Shown here piece after piece: positions 37,103 to 46,256 of a stretch of DNA of 64,000 nucleotides. The stretch is from an uncultured bacterium (GTDB lineage: Bacteria > Caldisericota > JANLFM01). The position numbers were made by a program, and so were the translations under genes. The notes under the pieces were generated by a model that was not told the DNA's origin, did no database searches, and saw nothing but the letters and a program-made list of their open reading frames with translations. The stretch is from contig CAZTNW010000002.1 in assembly GCA_964614945.1 (NCBI GenBank), positions 43,959-107,958 of the forward strand, written 5' to 3'. How positions within the stretch are numbered: the stretch's first letter is position 1; each line of letters starts with the position of its first letter.

Positions 37103-38266
37103 ATGAGACCATACATATATCTTGATAATTCGGCCTCCACACGTCTCGATGAGAGGGTGCTGGAAGCGATGAAGCCCTTCTTTTTCGAGAATTACGCAGT
37201 GGCGACATCGGAGTTCGCCTACTCACTGGGGGTCGAGGCGAAAGAAGCGCTGGAGGGAGCAAGGGAGAGGATTTCCCGACTGCTGGGGGCATCTCCGGGA
37301 GAATTCCTCTTCACCTCTGATCCTACGGAAGCGAACAATCTCGCCATCCAGGGAGTGGCCACTGCACTGGCGGAGCAAGGAAGAATGCACTTCATCACCT
37401 CCAAGATCGAGGACTTCTCCGTACTCAACACCTTCCGAGCTTTAGAAAAAAGAGGGGCTTCCGTAACCTACCTTGCTGTGGACGAGAGAGGATTTGTGGA
37501 CCTCGATTTGCTCCGCAGGTCCCTGCGGAAGGATACAGCGCTCATCTCCATCCAGCACGCGAACCAGGAAATCGGCACAGTGCAGGACCTGGCGAAGATC
37601 GCGCGCCTGGCGAAGGAGCATGGTCTGATTTTTCACTCAGACTGCGCCCACACCTTCATGCGGGCCCCTCTTGATGTGAGCGCGATCCCGGCCGACCTGT
37701 TGACAGTCTCCGCTCATACTCTGCACGGCCCCAGGGGAATCGCCGGCTTATATGTCCGTAAAGGCACCCCCATTCGCAAGATCCTCGAGGGGGGGTTTCA
37801 GGAGAATAACCTCAGACCCGGGATGGAAAATATACCCGGTGTGATGGGCTTCGCCCGAGCCCTGGAGTTGATCACCCCGGAGGAAAATGAGAGGCTCAGA
37901 GAGATGCGCGATCGTCTGATCGAAGGACTCCTGTCCTCTGTCCCGGACAGCATCCTCAACGGGGATCGGTGGAAGCGGATTCCGCAAAACGCAAATATCA
38001 CCTTCCGCTTCGTGGAGGGAGAGTCTCTCACCCTGCATCTGGACTTCAGGGGCATCGCCGTAAACACCGGCTCCGCCTGCTTCAGCAAGTCTCTGGAGGC
38101 AAGTCACGTGATCCTCGGGATCGGCGGTGACCACGAGAGGGCTCATGGTTCACTGCGTTACACCCTCTCACGCTTCAATACGATGGAGGAAATGGAGACG
38201 GTCATTCAGACCACAGCGGAAATCGTCTCCCGCTTGCGCAAGATCAGTCCCTTAGGAAAGGAGTGA
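37103..38266 (+). CDS. IscS/NifS-like cysteine desulfurase homolog lacking PLP-binding residues
   Basis: YLDNSAST, RPGMEN, GSAC (catalytic Cys) and SHV are kept, but SAHK reads SAHT, EH reads ED and DxxQ reads DCAH. Confidence 0.88.
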   Translation: MRPYIYLDNSASTRLDERVLEAMKPFFFENYAVATSEFAYSLGVEAKEALEGARERISRLLGASPGEFLFTSDPTEANNLAIQGVATALAEQGRMHFITSKIEDFSVLNTFRALEKRGASVTYLAVDERGFVDLDLLRRSLRKDTALISIQHANQEIGTVQDLAKIARLAKEHGLIFHSDCAHTFMRAPLDVSAIPADLLTVSAHTLHGPRGIAGLYVRKGTPIRKILEGGFQENNLRPGMENIPGVMGFARALELITPEENERLREMRDRLIEGLLSSVPDSILNGDRWKRIPQNANITFRFVEGESLTLHLDFRGIAVNTGSACFSKSLEASHVILGIGGDHERAHGSLRYTLSRFNTMEEMETVIQTTAEIVSRLRKISPLGKE

Positions 38267-38272
38267 GGATCA

Positions 38273-38914
38273 ATGCCTTTTCCCTACAGCGAAAAGGTCT
38301 TAGAGCATTTCAAGAATCCGCGTAATGTGGGCAAGATGGAAAATCCTGATGGGAAGGCTATAGAGGGTAGTCCGGCCTGCGGTGACATGGTGGCCGTATA
38401 TATAAAAGTGGAACCCGAGACCAAGACCATCAGCGACATTAAGTTCGAGTCATACGGCTGTGCTTCCAATATCGCCACCGGTTCTATCATCACCGAATTG
38501 GCCAAAGGGAAGACGCTGGAGGAGGCCAAGAAGATCACCTGGATGCAGGCCTCGGAAGCGCTGGGCGGCCTCCCTCCGCTCAAGGTCCACTGTTCGGTTC
38601 TGGCCGTGGAAGGTCTGCGGGAAGCTATCCGCGATTACGAGGAAAAGCACGGCCTCGCCATCTTAAAGGAGCCCACCTCCAAGGAGGTGGTGATTTCCCG
38701 GCTGCGCCACGTGATGAATCCCTTGACAGGGCTGGATCTGATCCGAACGAAGATTGTGAAAGATGTGACGGTTGAAGCCGGGATCGTAACTGTATCCATC
38801 GACCTTGCCGAGGACCATCCGTTTGCTAATTCCATTCGCGAGGATATAAAGGAACGGATCGGCAGGCTCCAGGACATCAGGGAGGTCAGGGTGCTCTTTC
38901 AGGGAGGAAAATGA
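38273..38914 (+). CDS. iscU: IscU/NifU Fe-S scaffold with a C-terminal DUF59/MIP18-like extension
   Basis: YSEKVLEHFKNPRNVG, CGD, GCASNIA, LPPLKVHCS, plus ~85 extra C-terminal residues. Confidence 0.9.
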   Translation: MPFPYSEKVLEHFKNPRNVGKMENPDGKAIEGSPACGDMVAVYIKVEPETKTISDIKFESYGCASNIATGSIITELAKGKTLEEAKKITWMQASEALGGLPPLKVHCSVLAVEGLREAIRDYEEKHGLAILKEPTSKEVVISRLRHVMNPLTGLDLIRTKIVKDVTVEAGIVTVSIDLAEDHPFANSIREDIKERIGRLQDIREVRVLFQGGK

Positions 38915-38915
38915 A

Positions 38916-39137
38916 ATGGCCGATTGGAAAATTGACGTAACCGGAGAGACCTGCCCCGTCCCTCTTGTGGAGGTGCGCAAGGCCATCCGCAAGGCCAGGG
39001 AGGGCGATGTAGTGGAGGTAACGGGAACCCATCCGGCCTCGAAGAAGGAGATCCCGATGGCGGCGGAGGCGATGGACTTGAAGGTACTGGAGATCAAAGA
39101 GGCAGGGGAAAAATGGACAATTCGCATCCAGAAGTAA
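38916..39137 (+). CDS. tusA: TusA/SirA family sulfur carrier
   Basis: IDVTGETCPVP (CPxP motif), 73 aa. Confidence 0.9.
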   Translation: MADWKIDVTGETCPVPLVEVRKAIRKAREGDVVEVTGTHPASKKEIPMAAEAMDLKVLEIKEAGEKWTIRIQK

Positions 39138-39559
39138 CCGCTTCAAAGAGGACCACCATCATAGTACACAGCTATTCTCTCGACCACCTGATGAGCGCCT
39201 TGATCATAGGAACGGGCTCCCTCTCCATGGGCATGGGGTGCTCCCTCTTCTTCACCTTCTGGGGGCTGAATGCCTTGAGGAAGGAGGGCTTAGAAAAAGC
39301 GCCCCTCTCGAAGATGAATATGCTGGGATTGGGACGCTGGATGATGAAAAAGAGGATGGGAGCACGGAATGTAGCAACGCTCAGAAGATTGATGGCGGAT
39401 TTCAAGGAGCTGGGGGGAAAGATCATCGCCTGCGAGATGACGATGGAGATCATGGGGGTAAAGAAGGAAGACCTTGAGCAGGGCCTGATCGACGACTACG
39501 GTGCCGTTGGAACTTACCTCAAAGACGCCAGGGACTCGACCATCAATCTGATTGTTTAG
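39113..39559 (+). CDS. DsrE2-like (DsrE/DsrF/DrsH family) sulfur-transfer protein
   Basis: LFFTFWGL, IIACEMTMEIMG (conserved Cys), GAVGTYL. Confidence 0.88.
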   Translation: MDNSHPEVTASKRTTIIVHSYSLDHLMSALIIGTGSLSMGMGCSLFFTFWGLNALRKEGLEKAPLSKMNMLGLGRWMMKKRMGARNVATLRRLMADFKELGGKIIACEMTMEIMGVKKEDLEQGLIDDYGAVGTYLKDARDSTINLIV

Positions 39560-39770
39560 AATCCTCCGCTGCCCCTTTTGCTACCCTCTGTAAAAGCATC
39601 CCGAGGACAAGAGGAGGCTTGGGAAAAGGGTCGAGAATTTCGCGTTTTCTATTGGATCGGCTGAATTTAAACAAAAATCTGAGAGATAGATCACCCATCT
39701 GGCCCGGGACTCAGCTTTGACCGATTCTGCAATCTGAGATACCATTTTAACCAGCCATGGAAGAGGGTAA

Positions 39771-40934
39771 ATGGTTTTATTATCCTGGTCCTTTTTAATT
39801 CTGATCGCCGTGAGCTGGGCTTACTGGCTGGTCGTCCTCGGTACCGCTCTCCATTTCTTCAGTCAGAAGCGCCGTATCGATCCGTCTTTTCTCCCTCCTG
39901 TCTCCATTTTGAAACCGGTAAAGGGGATGGAGCGCGGAGCCTACGAAAACTTCGCCTCCTTCCTCGAGCAGGATTATCCGGACTACGAGGTGCTCTTCGG
40001 CGTCGAAGATCCCAATGATCCGGCCGTGCTTGTAATCAGGCAGATCCAGAGGGATTTCCCCTCCGCCAGGGTGGGACTCTACGTTACTCCTCCCCTGGGG
40101 GCAAATCGAAAAGTGGCCATCCTGCAGCATTTGCAGGAGAAAGCATCCAACGAGATCCTTGTCCTGAGCGATTCAGATATCCGGGTGCGCCGGGATTTCC
40201 TCAGCAATATCGTCGCCCCTCTGGCCGACGGTAAGACGGGGTTGGTCAGCAGCTTCTATCGCAGTGAGCAGGCCCTCAGTTCAGCGGCAAGGGTGGAATC
40301 GCTCCTGATCTCGACTCTGATGCTACCCTCGGGGATTCTCGGTTCGTACCTGATAGGCCTCCGCTATGCTTTCGGCGCCGCTATCGCCTTGAGACGGAGG
40401 GCCTTAGAGGACATGGGGGGATTCCTTGTGATCAAGGACCACCTGGCGGACGATCATCAGTTGGGTGCACTGATCGGTCGCGCAGGATGGGGAGTAGTGC
40501 TGTCGAATCATGTGGTCTCCAACATGATGAACCACATCAGCTGGCGAGGCTTCTGGGATAGACAATTGCGCTGGATGAGGGTAGCTCGCGTCTGCCGGAG
40601 AAAAGAGTATCCCGGCATGCTCCTGATCTTCACCTTCCCTCTGTCATTGGCCTTCGTTTTCCTCTCCCTCTTCTCTCCGCTCTCCGTCTGGCTTTTTATC
40701 GGCTCGCTGGCCCTGCGCTTCTCTTTTGCCTTCTGCTTCGCCGTCTACCTGGATCATCGGCAGATGAGACGCTGGCTCCACCTTTTGCCCCTTGCTGATT
40801 TTTTTTACTTCATCCTCTGGGTTAAAGCCATGTTCACATCTCAGGTCGCCTGGCGCCAGCATGAGTTCCTACTGCTTGCGGACGGCAGAATGAAACCCAC
40901 CGGCCTCCAATCCAACGGAAAGGAAGAGGATTAG
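39771..40934 (+). CDS. HpnI-like / ceramide glucosyltransferase-type glycosyltransferase
   Basis: N-terminal TM, PPVSILKPVKG, QDYPDYEVLFGV, GANRKV, SDSDI, LADD, RQLRW. Confidence 0.85.
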   Translation: MVLLSWSFLILIAVSWAYWLVVLGTALHFFSQKRRIDPSFLPPVSILKPVKGMERGAYENFASFLEQDYPDYEVLFGVEDPNDPAVLVIRQIQRDFPSARVGLYVTPPLGANRKVAILQHLQEKASNEILVLSDSDIRVRRDFLSNIVAPLADGKTGLVSSFYRSEQALSSAARVESLLISTLMLPSGILGSYLIGLRYAFGAAIALRRRALEDMGGFLVIKDHLADDHQLGALIGRAGWGVVLSNHVVSNMMNHISWRGFWDRQLRWMRVARVCRRKEYPGMLLIFTFPLSLAFVFLSLFSPLSVWLFIGSLALRFSFAFCFAVYLDHRQMRRWLHLLPLADFFYFILWVKAMFTSQVAWRQHEFLLLADGRMKPTGLQSNGKEED

Positions 40935-41051
40935 TTCTGTCCGGCCATACTGGCGCGAGAAAATTTGTTCAGTCTTTTAGGTGAGTGTGCGGCTGCTTCT
41001 CTTCCCAAGAAAGTGGCCAAGTCATATTGCGGTTGAAGAAAGGAAATTGAA

Positions 41052-42629
41052 TTGCGGATCTGGAGAAAAATCGTCATCTGGTTGATCATTCTTGCCCTAC
41101 TGGGAGGAGTGGCTTATTATTTCCTCTTCTTCAGGGAAAGGCCAGAGAAGGAGAGCACCCCCCTCCTGGTGAAAGTGGAGAGACAGGATATCGCTCAAAT
41201 CGTGTCCCTTTCGGGTAGCGTGGCCCTTCTGAATCAGGTCAATGTGACCGCCCGACTGACAGGAAAAATAGCAGTGATCATGGTTCAGGCCGGGGATCAT
41301 GTCGAGCTGGATCAGGAACTCCTTCGTTTAGACGCCTCCGATTTAGAAAATCAGATCGCCTTAGGCAGGGTGAATTTGGAAGTGGCCCAACTCAAGTTCC
41401 AGCAATTGAAGGAGGGGGCTTCTGTCTCAGAATTGGAGATTTTACGCCTCTCCCTGGACAGAGCGGAGAACGACCTCACGCTGGCCGGTGAAAATCTCAC
41501 TCGCAGCAGGGAGACAGTCAGCTTGACCGCTTCCATCGCTCAAACCGCAATTTATACCGCGGAACGAAGGCTCGAAGAGGTCCGGGCCAATCTCGTTCTG
41601 ACGGAAAAAAGCGCCAATCAATCAGTTCAGTCCAGCCAGCGCCAGGTGGATGACGCTGAAAAAAACCTGGAGAGCGGACTTCCCACCGAATCGGCGCGCA
41701 AGCAGGCTGAACAAGCAATGAAACTGGCAGAGGAAAACCTCGAGGCCGCCAGGATTTCTGCCGAGCAGCGCGTGGCGCAGGCGGAAGTCCAAGTGAAAAT
41801 AGCGGAGGACGCACTGCTCCAGGCAGAGCAGGGGGCAGAACAGAGGGAGACCGCCAATCGTGATCTCATCGCCCAGGCAGAGGCTCAGGTAAAAGCAGCA
41901 GAGCTGGAATTAAAGCTCGCCCAAGCACAATATGACCAGAAAACTGCACCTCTATCTGCGACCGCCCTCTCCCTCGCGGAAAAAGCGGTAGAGCAGGCAG
42001 AGATAACTTTGAACAACTTGCTCAGTCAGCTCAGGGACTCCATTATCCGTGCTCCAGTCGCAGGCAATGTCGGCCAGGTGAACGTCAAGCCCGGCGACAC
42101 GATTGCACCGAATATGGTCCTTTTGAATTTGATTGACACCCTGGCGCTCGAAGTGACAGCCAATGTCCCAGAGGTGAATGTGGCGCAACTACAGCCGGGC
42201 ATGGAGGCCAGGGTCTCCTTTGATGCTTATCGAGACCGAGCCTTCAGCGTCAGCTTGTGCTCTATCAGCCCCTTGCCCACCATCACTCAGGGAGTAGTTA
42301 ATTACATCGCTCATTTCTCCCTGAAGGGGGAGCCTCTGGAGTTTCTGCGCCCCGGGATGAGCGCGGAGGTCAAAGTAATCGTGTCCGAATCCAAGAATGC
42401 CCTTGTTGTGCCAAGGTCCGCCTTAAAGCTTGCGGGGATAGACTACTTCGTTCAATTCTGGGATGGAGAGAAGTTAACCTCGCGCAAGGTGGAGGTGGGC
42501 ATCATCAGTGACGTCCAGGTTGAGATAACGAGCGGCCTGAACGAATTGGACGAGGTGGCCATCGGAAGCCAGGATCAGTCCGCCACTACCCGCATCACCA
42601 TCCACCCCATGAGCACTCCGGATCGATGA
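41052..42629 (+). CDS. Efflux periplasmic adaptor / membrane fusion protein (MacA/YknX-like)
   Basis: N-terminal TM, GKIAVIMVQAGDHV lipoyl half, long Ala/Gln/Glu coiled coil, IRAPVAG, LRPGMSA. Confidence 0.88.
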   Translation: MRIWRKIVIWLIILALLGGVAYYFLFFRERPEKESTPLLVKVERQDIAQIVSLSGSVALLNQVNVTARLTGKIAVIMVQAGDHVELDQELLRLDASDLENQIALGRVNLEVAQLKFQQLKEGASVSELEILRLSLDRAENDLTLAGENLTRSRETVSLTASIAQTAIYTAERRLEEVRANLVLTEKSANQSVQSSQRQVDDAEKNLESGLPTESARKQAEQAMKLAEENLEAARISAEQRVAQAEVQVKIAEDALLQAEQGAEQRETANRDLIAQAEAQVKAAELELKLAQAQYDQKTAPLSATALSLAEKAVEQAEITLNNLLSQLRDSIIRAPVAGNVGQVNVKPGDTIAPNMVLLNLIDTLALEVTANVPEVNVAQLQPGMEARVSFDAYRDRAFSVSLCSISPLPTITQGVVNYIAHFSLKGEPLEFLRPGMSAEVKVIVSESKNALVVPRSALKLAGIDYFVQFWDGEKLTSRKVEVGIISDVQVEITSGLNELDEVAIGSQDQSATTRITIHPMSTPDR

Positions 42630-42644
42630 AATTTTCTCACCCTC

Positions 42645-43382
42645 ATGCATAAGGTCATCGCCGTCTCTAACCTGGTGAAAAATTATCGTCTGGGCAGGGA
42701 TACCGTCGTCAAAGCGTTGCGCGGGGTATCCTTCGAAGTGGAAGAGGGAGAGTTCCTTGCTATCATGGGGCCTTCCGGTTCAGGCAAGTCCACACTGATG
42801 CATATCCTGGGATGCCTAGATATTCCCACGTCCGGCCAATATCTCCTTGAAGGAATGAATACCTCAACCATGACAGATAACCAGCTCGCTCGCCTGCGCA
42901 ATCACAAGATCGGTTTTGTATTCCAGAGTTTCAATCTCCTTCCGCGCACAACCGCCTTGGAGAACGTCGAGCTTTCGCTGATCTACAATGGTTATGCCCG
43001 ACCACGCAGGCTGGCGGAGGAAGCACTGGCAAAAGTGGGGCTGGCTGCCCGAATGGGGCATCGCCCGAATGAACTCTCCATCGGACAGCAGCAGAGAGTG
43101 GCCATCGCTCGCGCTCTGGTCACGAATCCCTCCCTCATTCTGGCCGACGAACCGACGGGCAACCTCGATACTCGCTCCTCGGAGGAAATTATGGCGCTTT
43201 TTCAGAGCCTGAACCAGGAAGGACGCACCATCATCCTCGTCACGCACGAGCATGACATCAGTCGTCATGCCGGGCGCTTGATCAGTCTGCGGGACGGCTG
43301 CATCAAATCAGATGAAGGGGTGAGGGATATCCTCGATGCCAAGTGGATCCTGTCCTCTCTCCCAGCAGAAGGAAAGGAATGA
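42645..43382 (+). CDS. ABC ATP-binding protein (MacB/LolD type)
   Basis: [38 protein letters not shown]. Confidence 0.92.
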   Translation: MHKVIAVSNLVKNYRLGRDTVVKALRGVSFEVEEGEFLAIMGPSGSGKSTLMHILGCLDIPTSGQYLLEGMNTSTMTDNQLARLRNHKIGFVFQSFNLLPRTTALENVELSLIYNGYARPRRLAEEALAKVGLAARMGHRPNELSIGQQQRVAIARALVTNPSLILADEPTGNLDTRSSEEIMALFQSLNQEGRTIILVTHEHDISRHAGRLISLRDGCIKSDEGVRDILDAKWILSSLPAEGKE

Positions 43383-44602
43383 TATTCCTTCGCAGCCTCC
43401 AGATTGCCTGGAGAGCAATCCTGCATAATCGAAGCAGAGCTTTCCTCACCATGCTGGGGATAATCATCGGTGTGGCCGCCGTGATGATGATGCTTTCCAT
43501 TGGCACAGGTGCTCAAATTTTGGTTGTAGAGGAAATCCAGTCCCTCGGCTCCAACCTCCTGGTTGTGCTGCCCGGGGCGATAAGTATGAGCGGCATCAGA
43601 ACAGCAGCGGGAAACGTGACCACCTTGACGCTCGAGGACAGCCAGGCTATCTCCACCCTGCCAGAGGTCTCAGGCGCAGTACCGACATTCGGCCGGCCTG
43701 CCCAGGTTATCGCCGGGAGCAACAATAGTAATACCCAGGTAATCGGCACGATCCCCTATTACTCCGTAGCCCTCAATACCCTGCCTTCCTCCGGCAGTTT
43801 TTTCTCCCAGGAGGAGATGGATAACTGGGAGAGAGTGGCGGTCCTCGGCCAGACTGTTGCCGATAACCTTTTTGGCGATGAAGACCCCCTGGGCAAATCG
43901 ATCCAGATAGTCTCGGGCAGTGTCCGCAAGAGCTTTCGCGTCATCGGCGTCCTCGCGGCGAAGGGGGTGACCGGCTTCTTCAATCGCGACGATCAGCTCT
44001 TCGTCCCCATCACAGTGGCACAGAAGCTCCTGTTCGGGGTCAGGCACGTCGGTTCGATTTTCGTGGAGGTCTCCTCCCCTGAAAAAATGGACGCCGTCTC
44101 CACGGAAATTGCCACTCTCTTGCGACTGCGGCACAACATCAGTAAAAACTCTCCGAATGATTTCACAATCTTCAGCCAACAGGATCTCCTCGGCACCTTG
44201 AGCACCGTCTTCGGCTATTTCACGATCCTTCTCGCCGGAATTGCCGGGATCTCCCTCCTTGTAGGAGGGATCGGGATCATGAACATTATGCTGGTCTCCG
44301 TGACCGAGCGCACAAGAGAGATCGGCCTGCGTAAAGCCCTGGGCGCCTTGCGGCGCGACATCATTCTTCAATTCTTAGTAGAAGCCGTGACCCTCTCCAC
44401 CCTTGGTGGAGGACTGGGAATCCTCCTCGGTTATCTGGGATCTATTGCCATTGCTGAGGCCGTGGGGTGGCCTGCGGTGATTACTCCCACCTCAGTGCTC
44501 CTCGGTTTCCTCTTCTCCATGGCTGTGGGTCTTTTCTTCGGTATCTATCCTGCACGCCGGGCGGCCAACTTGCACCCGATCGATGCCCTGCGTTACGAAT
44601 AA
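43379..44602 (+). CDS. MacB-type ABC permease
   Basis: [49 protein letters not shown]. Confidence 0.93.
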   Translation: MIFLRSLQIAWRAILHNRSRAFLTMLGIIIGVAAVMMMLSIGTGAQILVVEEIQSLGSNLLVVLPGAISMSGIRTAAGNVTTLTLEDSQAISTLPEVSGAVPTFGRPAQVIAGSNNSNTQVIGTIPYYSVALNTLPSSGSFFSQEEMDNWERVAVLGQTVADNLFGDEDPLGKSIQIVSGSVRKSFRVIGVLAAKGVTGFFNRDDQLFVPITVAQKLLFGVRHVGSIFVEVSSPEKMDAVSTEIATLLRLRHNISKNSPNDFTIFSQQDLLGTLSTVFGYFTILLAGIAGISLLVGGIGIMNIMLVSVTERTREIGLRKALGALRRDIILQFLVEAVTLSTLGGGLGILLGYLGSIAIAEAVGWPAVITPTSVLLGFLFSMAVGLFFGIYPARRAANLHPIDALRYE

Positions 44603-44660
44603 TGATGGCAGAGAGCGTGGTATACTGGGAGGAACCTAAGTAAAAGGAGGGCGCTGTCGG

Positions 44661-45221
44661 ATGATCGCTTTATGGGTGATTTTAGGCATAATTGGCCTGA
44701 TCTTATTGTGGGCGATCGCTATCTACAATGGACTCATAACTCTGAAAAGACGGATTGAAAACGCCTGGAGCCAGATTGACGTCCAGCTCAAGCGTCGATA
44801 TGACCTGATCCCCAACCTGGTGAACTCGGCCAAGGGCTACATGCAATACGAACAGGAAACCTTGACCAGGGTCATGGATGCAAGGGCAAAGGCAGTATCG
44901 GCGCAGACGGTACCGGACAAGATTCAAGCAGAGGGAGTGCTAACACAAGCTCTCCGCGGCCTTCTGGCGGTTGTGGAGAACTATCCCGATCTCAAGGCTA
45001 CTCAGGAGGTCATGAACCTCATGGAAGAGCTGAAGAATACCGAAAATTTGATCTCCTTCTCCCGCCAGTTCTATAACGATTCAGTCATGCTCTTCAATAC
45101 GAGGATCTCTGTATTTCCCTCTAACATCGTCGCCAACATGTTCAACTTCAAGGCGCAGCCATTCTTCGAATTAGCCGCACCCACCGAGAGAGAAGCTCCC
45201 AAGGTAGATCTGACCTCTTAA
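44661..45221 (+). CDS. lemA: LemA family protein
   Basis: YNGLI..., VQLKRRYDLIPNLV, VENYPDLKA, RQFYND, FPSNIVA. Confidence 0.94.
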   Translation: MIALWVILGIIGLILLWAIAIYNGLITLKRRIENAWSQIDVQLKRRYDLIPNLVNSAKGYMQYEQETLTRVMDARAKAVSAQTVPDKIQAEGVLTQALRGLLAVVENYPDLKATQEVMNLMEELKNTENLISFSRQFYNDSVMLFNTRISVFPSNIVANMFNFKAQPFFELAAPTEREAPKVDLTS

Positions 45222-45223
45222 AG

Positions 45224-46204
45224 ATGGCGGTCATCCAATTTTACGAGGAACAGCGCCGCAACATCGTCAAAAGTTATGTCTTAATCACGTTTTTCATTAT
45301 TTTAATGGCGACCTTCGGTCTGATTATCGATTACCTTTTTGAGATCTTCCCTCGCTTCACCTTGATCTTCCTCGGCATTGCCCTCCTTCAAGTCCTGGTC
45401 GCCAGCCTCGCTGGTCCCAACCTGGTTTTGACCTCCGTCGGAGCAAAGCCGCTCAATCAGGCAGATCCGGAACAAGCTCAGCTCAAGAACATTGTCACCG
45501 AACTCTGCATCGCTGCAGGAATGACCAGCCGACCGCAGCTATACGTAATCCCGGACGAAAAGACCATTAATGCGTTCGCCACGGGCCTACGGAAGGACAA
45601 AACCTACGTGTGCGTCACCTCCGGTCTTTTGAAGAGCCTGGATCGGGCGGAGACCCAGGGGGTGATCGCGCATGAGCTGAGCCACATCCAGAATCGGGAC
45701 ATGCTGTACATGACACTCATTTCCGCTATCTTAGGTGCGGTCGTGATCATCCAGGTCTTTGCCTTCAGGGGAGCCTGGTTCGCGGCAAGTTCAGGTGGGG
45801 GGAGTTCGCGCAAGGACTCGAGCGGCTGTGGTTACGCCATGATCTTCCTTTTAGTGGTGGGGGTACTGGCCTCGGTCTTTGCCTTCTTAGGGAGAATCGT
45901 CCTGTTCGCAGTATCCCGCCAGAGGGAGTACTTATCCGATGCCCACGCTGTAGAGCTCACTCGCAATCCTTACGGTCTTTCCTCGGCCTTGCGGAAAATC
46001 GCTATGGTGCCGAGTAAGGTCAAGACGGCCTCCATCGCCACCGCTCATCTCTTCATATCTGATCCCTTAAAGCGCAGGGTGAATGAAAGGAGCAGCGGCT
46101 TCTGGAACAACCTGTTCAGCACTCACCCTCCCCTCTATCAGCGAATTTCCCGCTTGGAGGGCAAGAGCCTCGAACAAGTACAAGGAGAATTGGGGCAGGC
46201 CTGA
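45224..46204 (+). CDS. htpX: M48 zinc metalloprotease (HtpX)
   Basis: NAFATG, AHELSH (HExxH), SRQREYLSD, FSTHPP. Confidence 0.92.
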   Translation: MAVIQFYEEQRRNIVKSYVLITFFIILMATFGLIIDYLFEIFPRFTLIFLGIALLQVLVASLAGPNLVLTSVGAKPLNQADPEQAQLKNIVTELCIAAGMTSRPQLYVIPDEKTINAFATGLRKDKTYVCVTSGLLKSLDRAETQGVIAHELSHIQNRDMLYMTLISAILGAVVIIQVFAFRGAWFAASSGGGSSRKDSSGCGYAMIFLLVVGVLASVFAFLGRIVLFAVSRQREYLSDAHAVELTRNPYGLSSALRKIAMVPSKVKTASIATAHLFISDPLKRRVNERSSGFWNNLFSTHPPLYQRISRLEGKSLEQVQGELGQA

Positions 46205-46256
46205 ATTTTATTTTTTGGTCAAGCGGTAAAAGAAGAAAGAAAGAGGGGATGAAGAA

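Noticed and set aside
36916-37140. 75-aa N-terminal extension of hppA in the ORF track
   Set aside because: It overlaps the divergent IscS-like start and lacks PPase similarity; ATG 36915 fits the family better.
37103-38266. IscS-like gene called a decayed pseudogene or sequencing error
   Set aside because: The frame is full length, the changes are concentrated on PLP ligands, the Lys-to-Thr codon needs two substitutions, and the catalytic Cys and operon coupling are kept.
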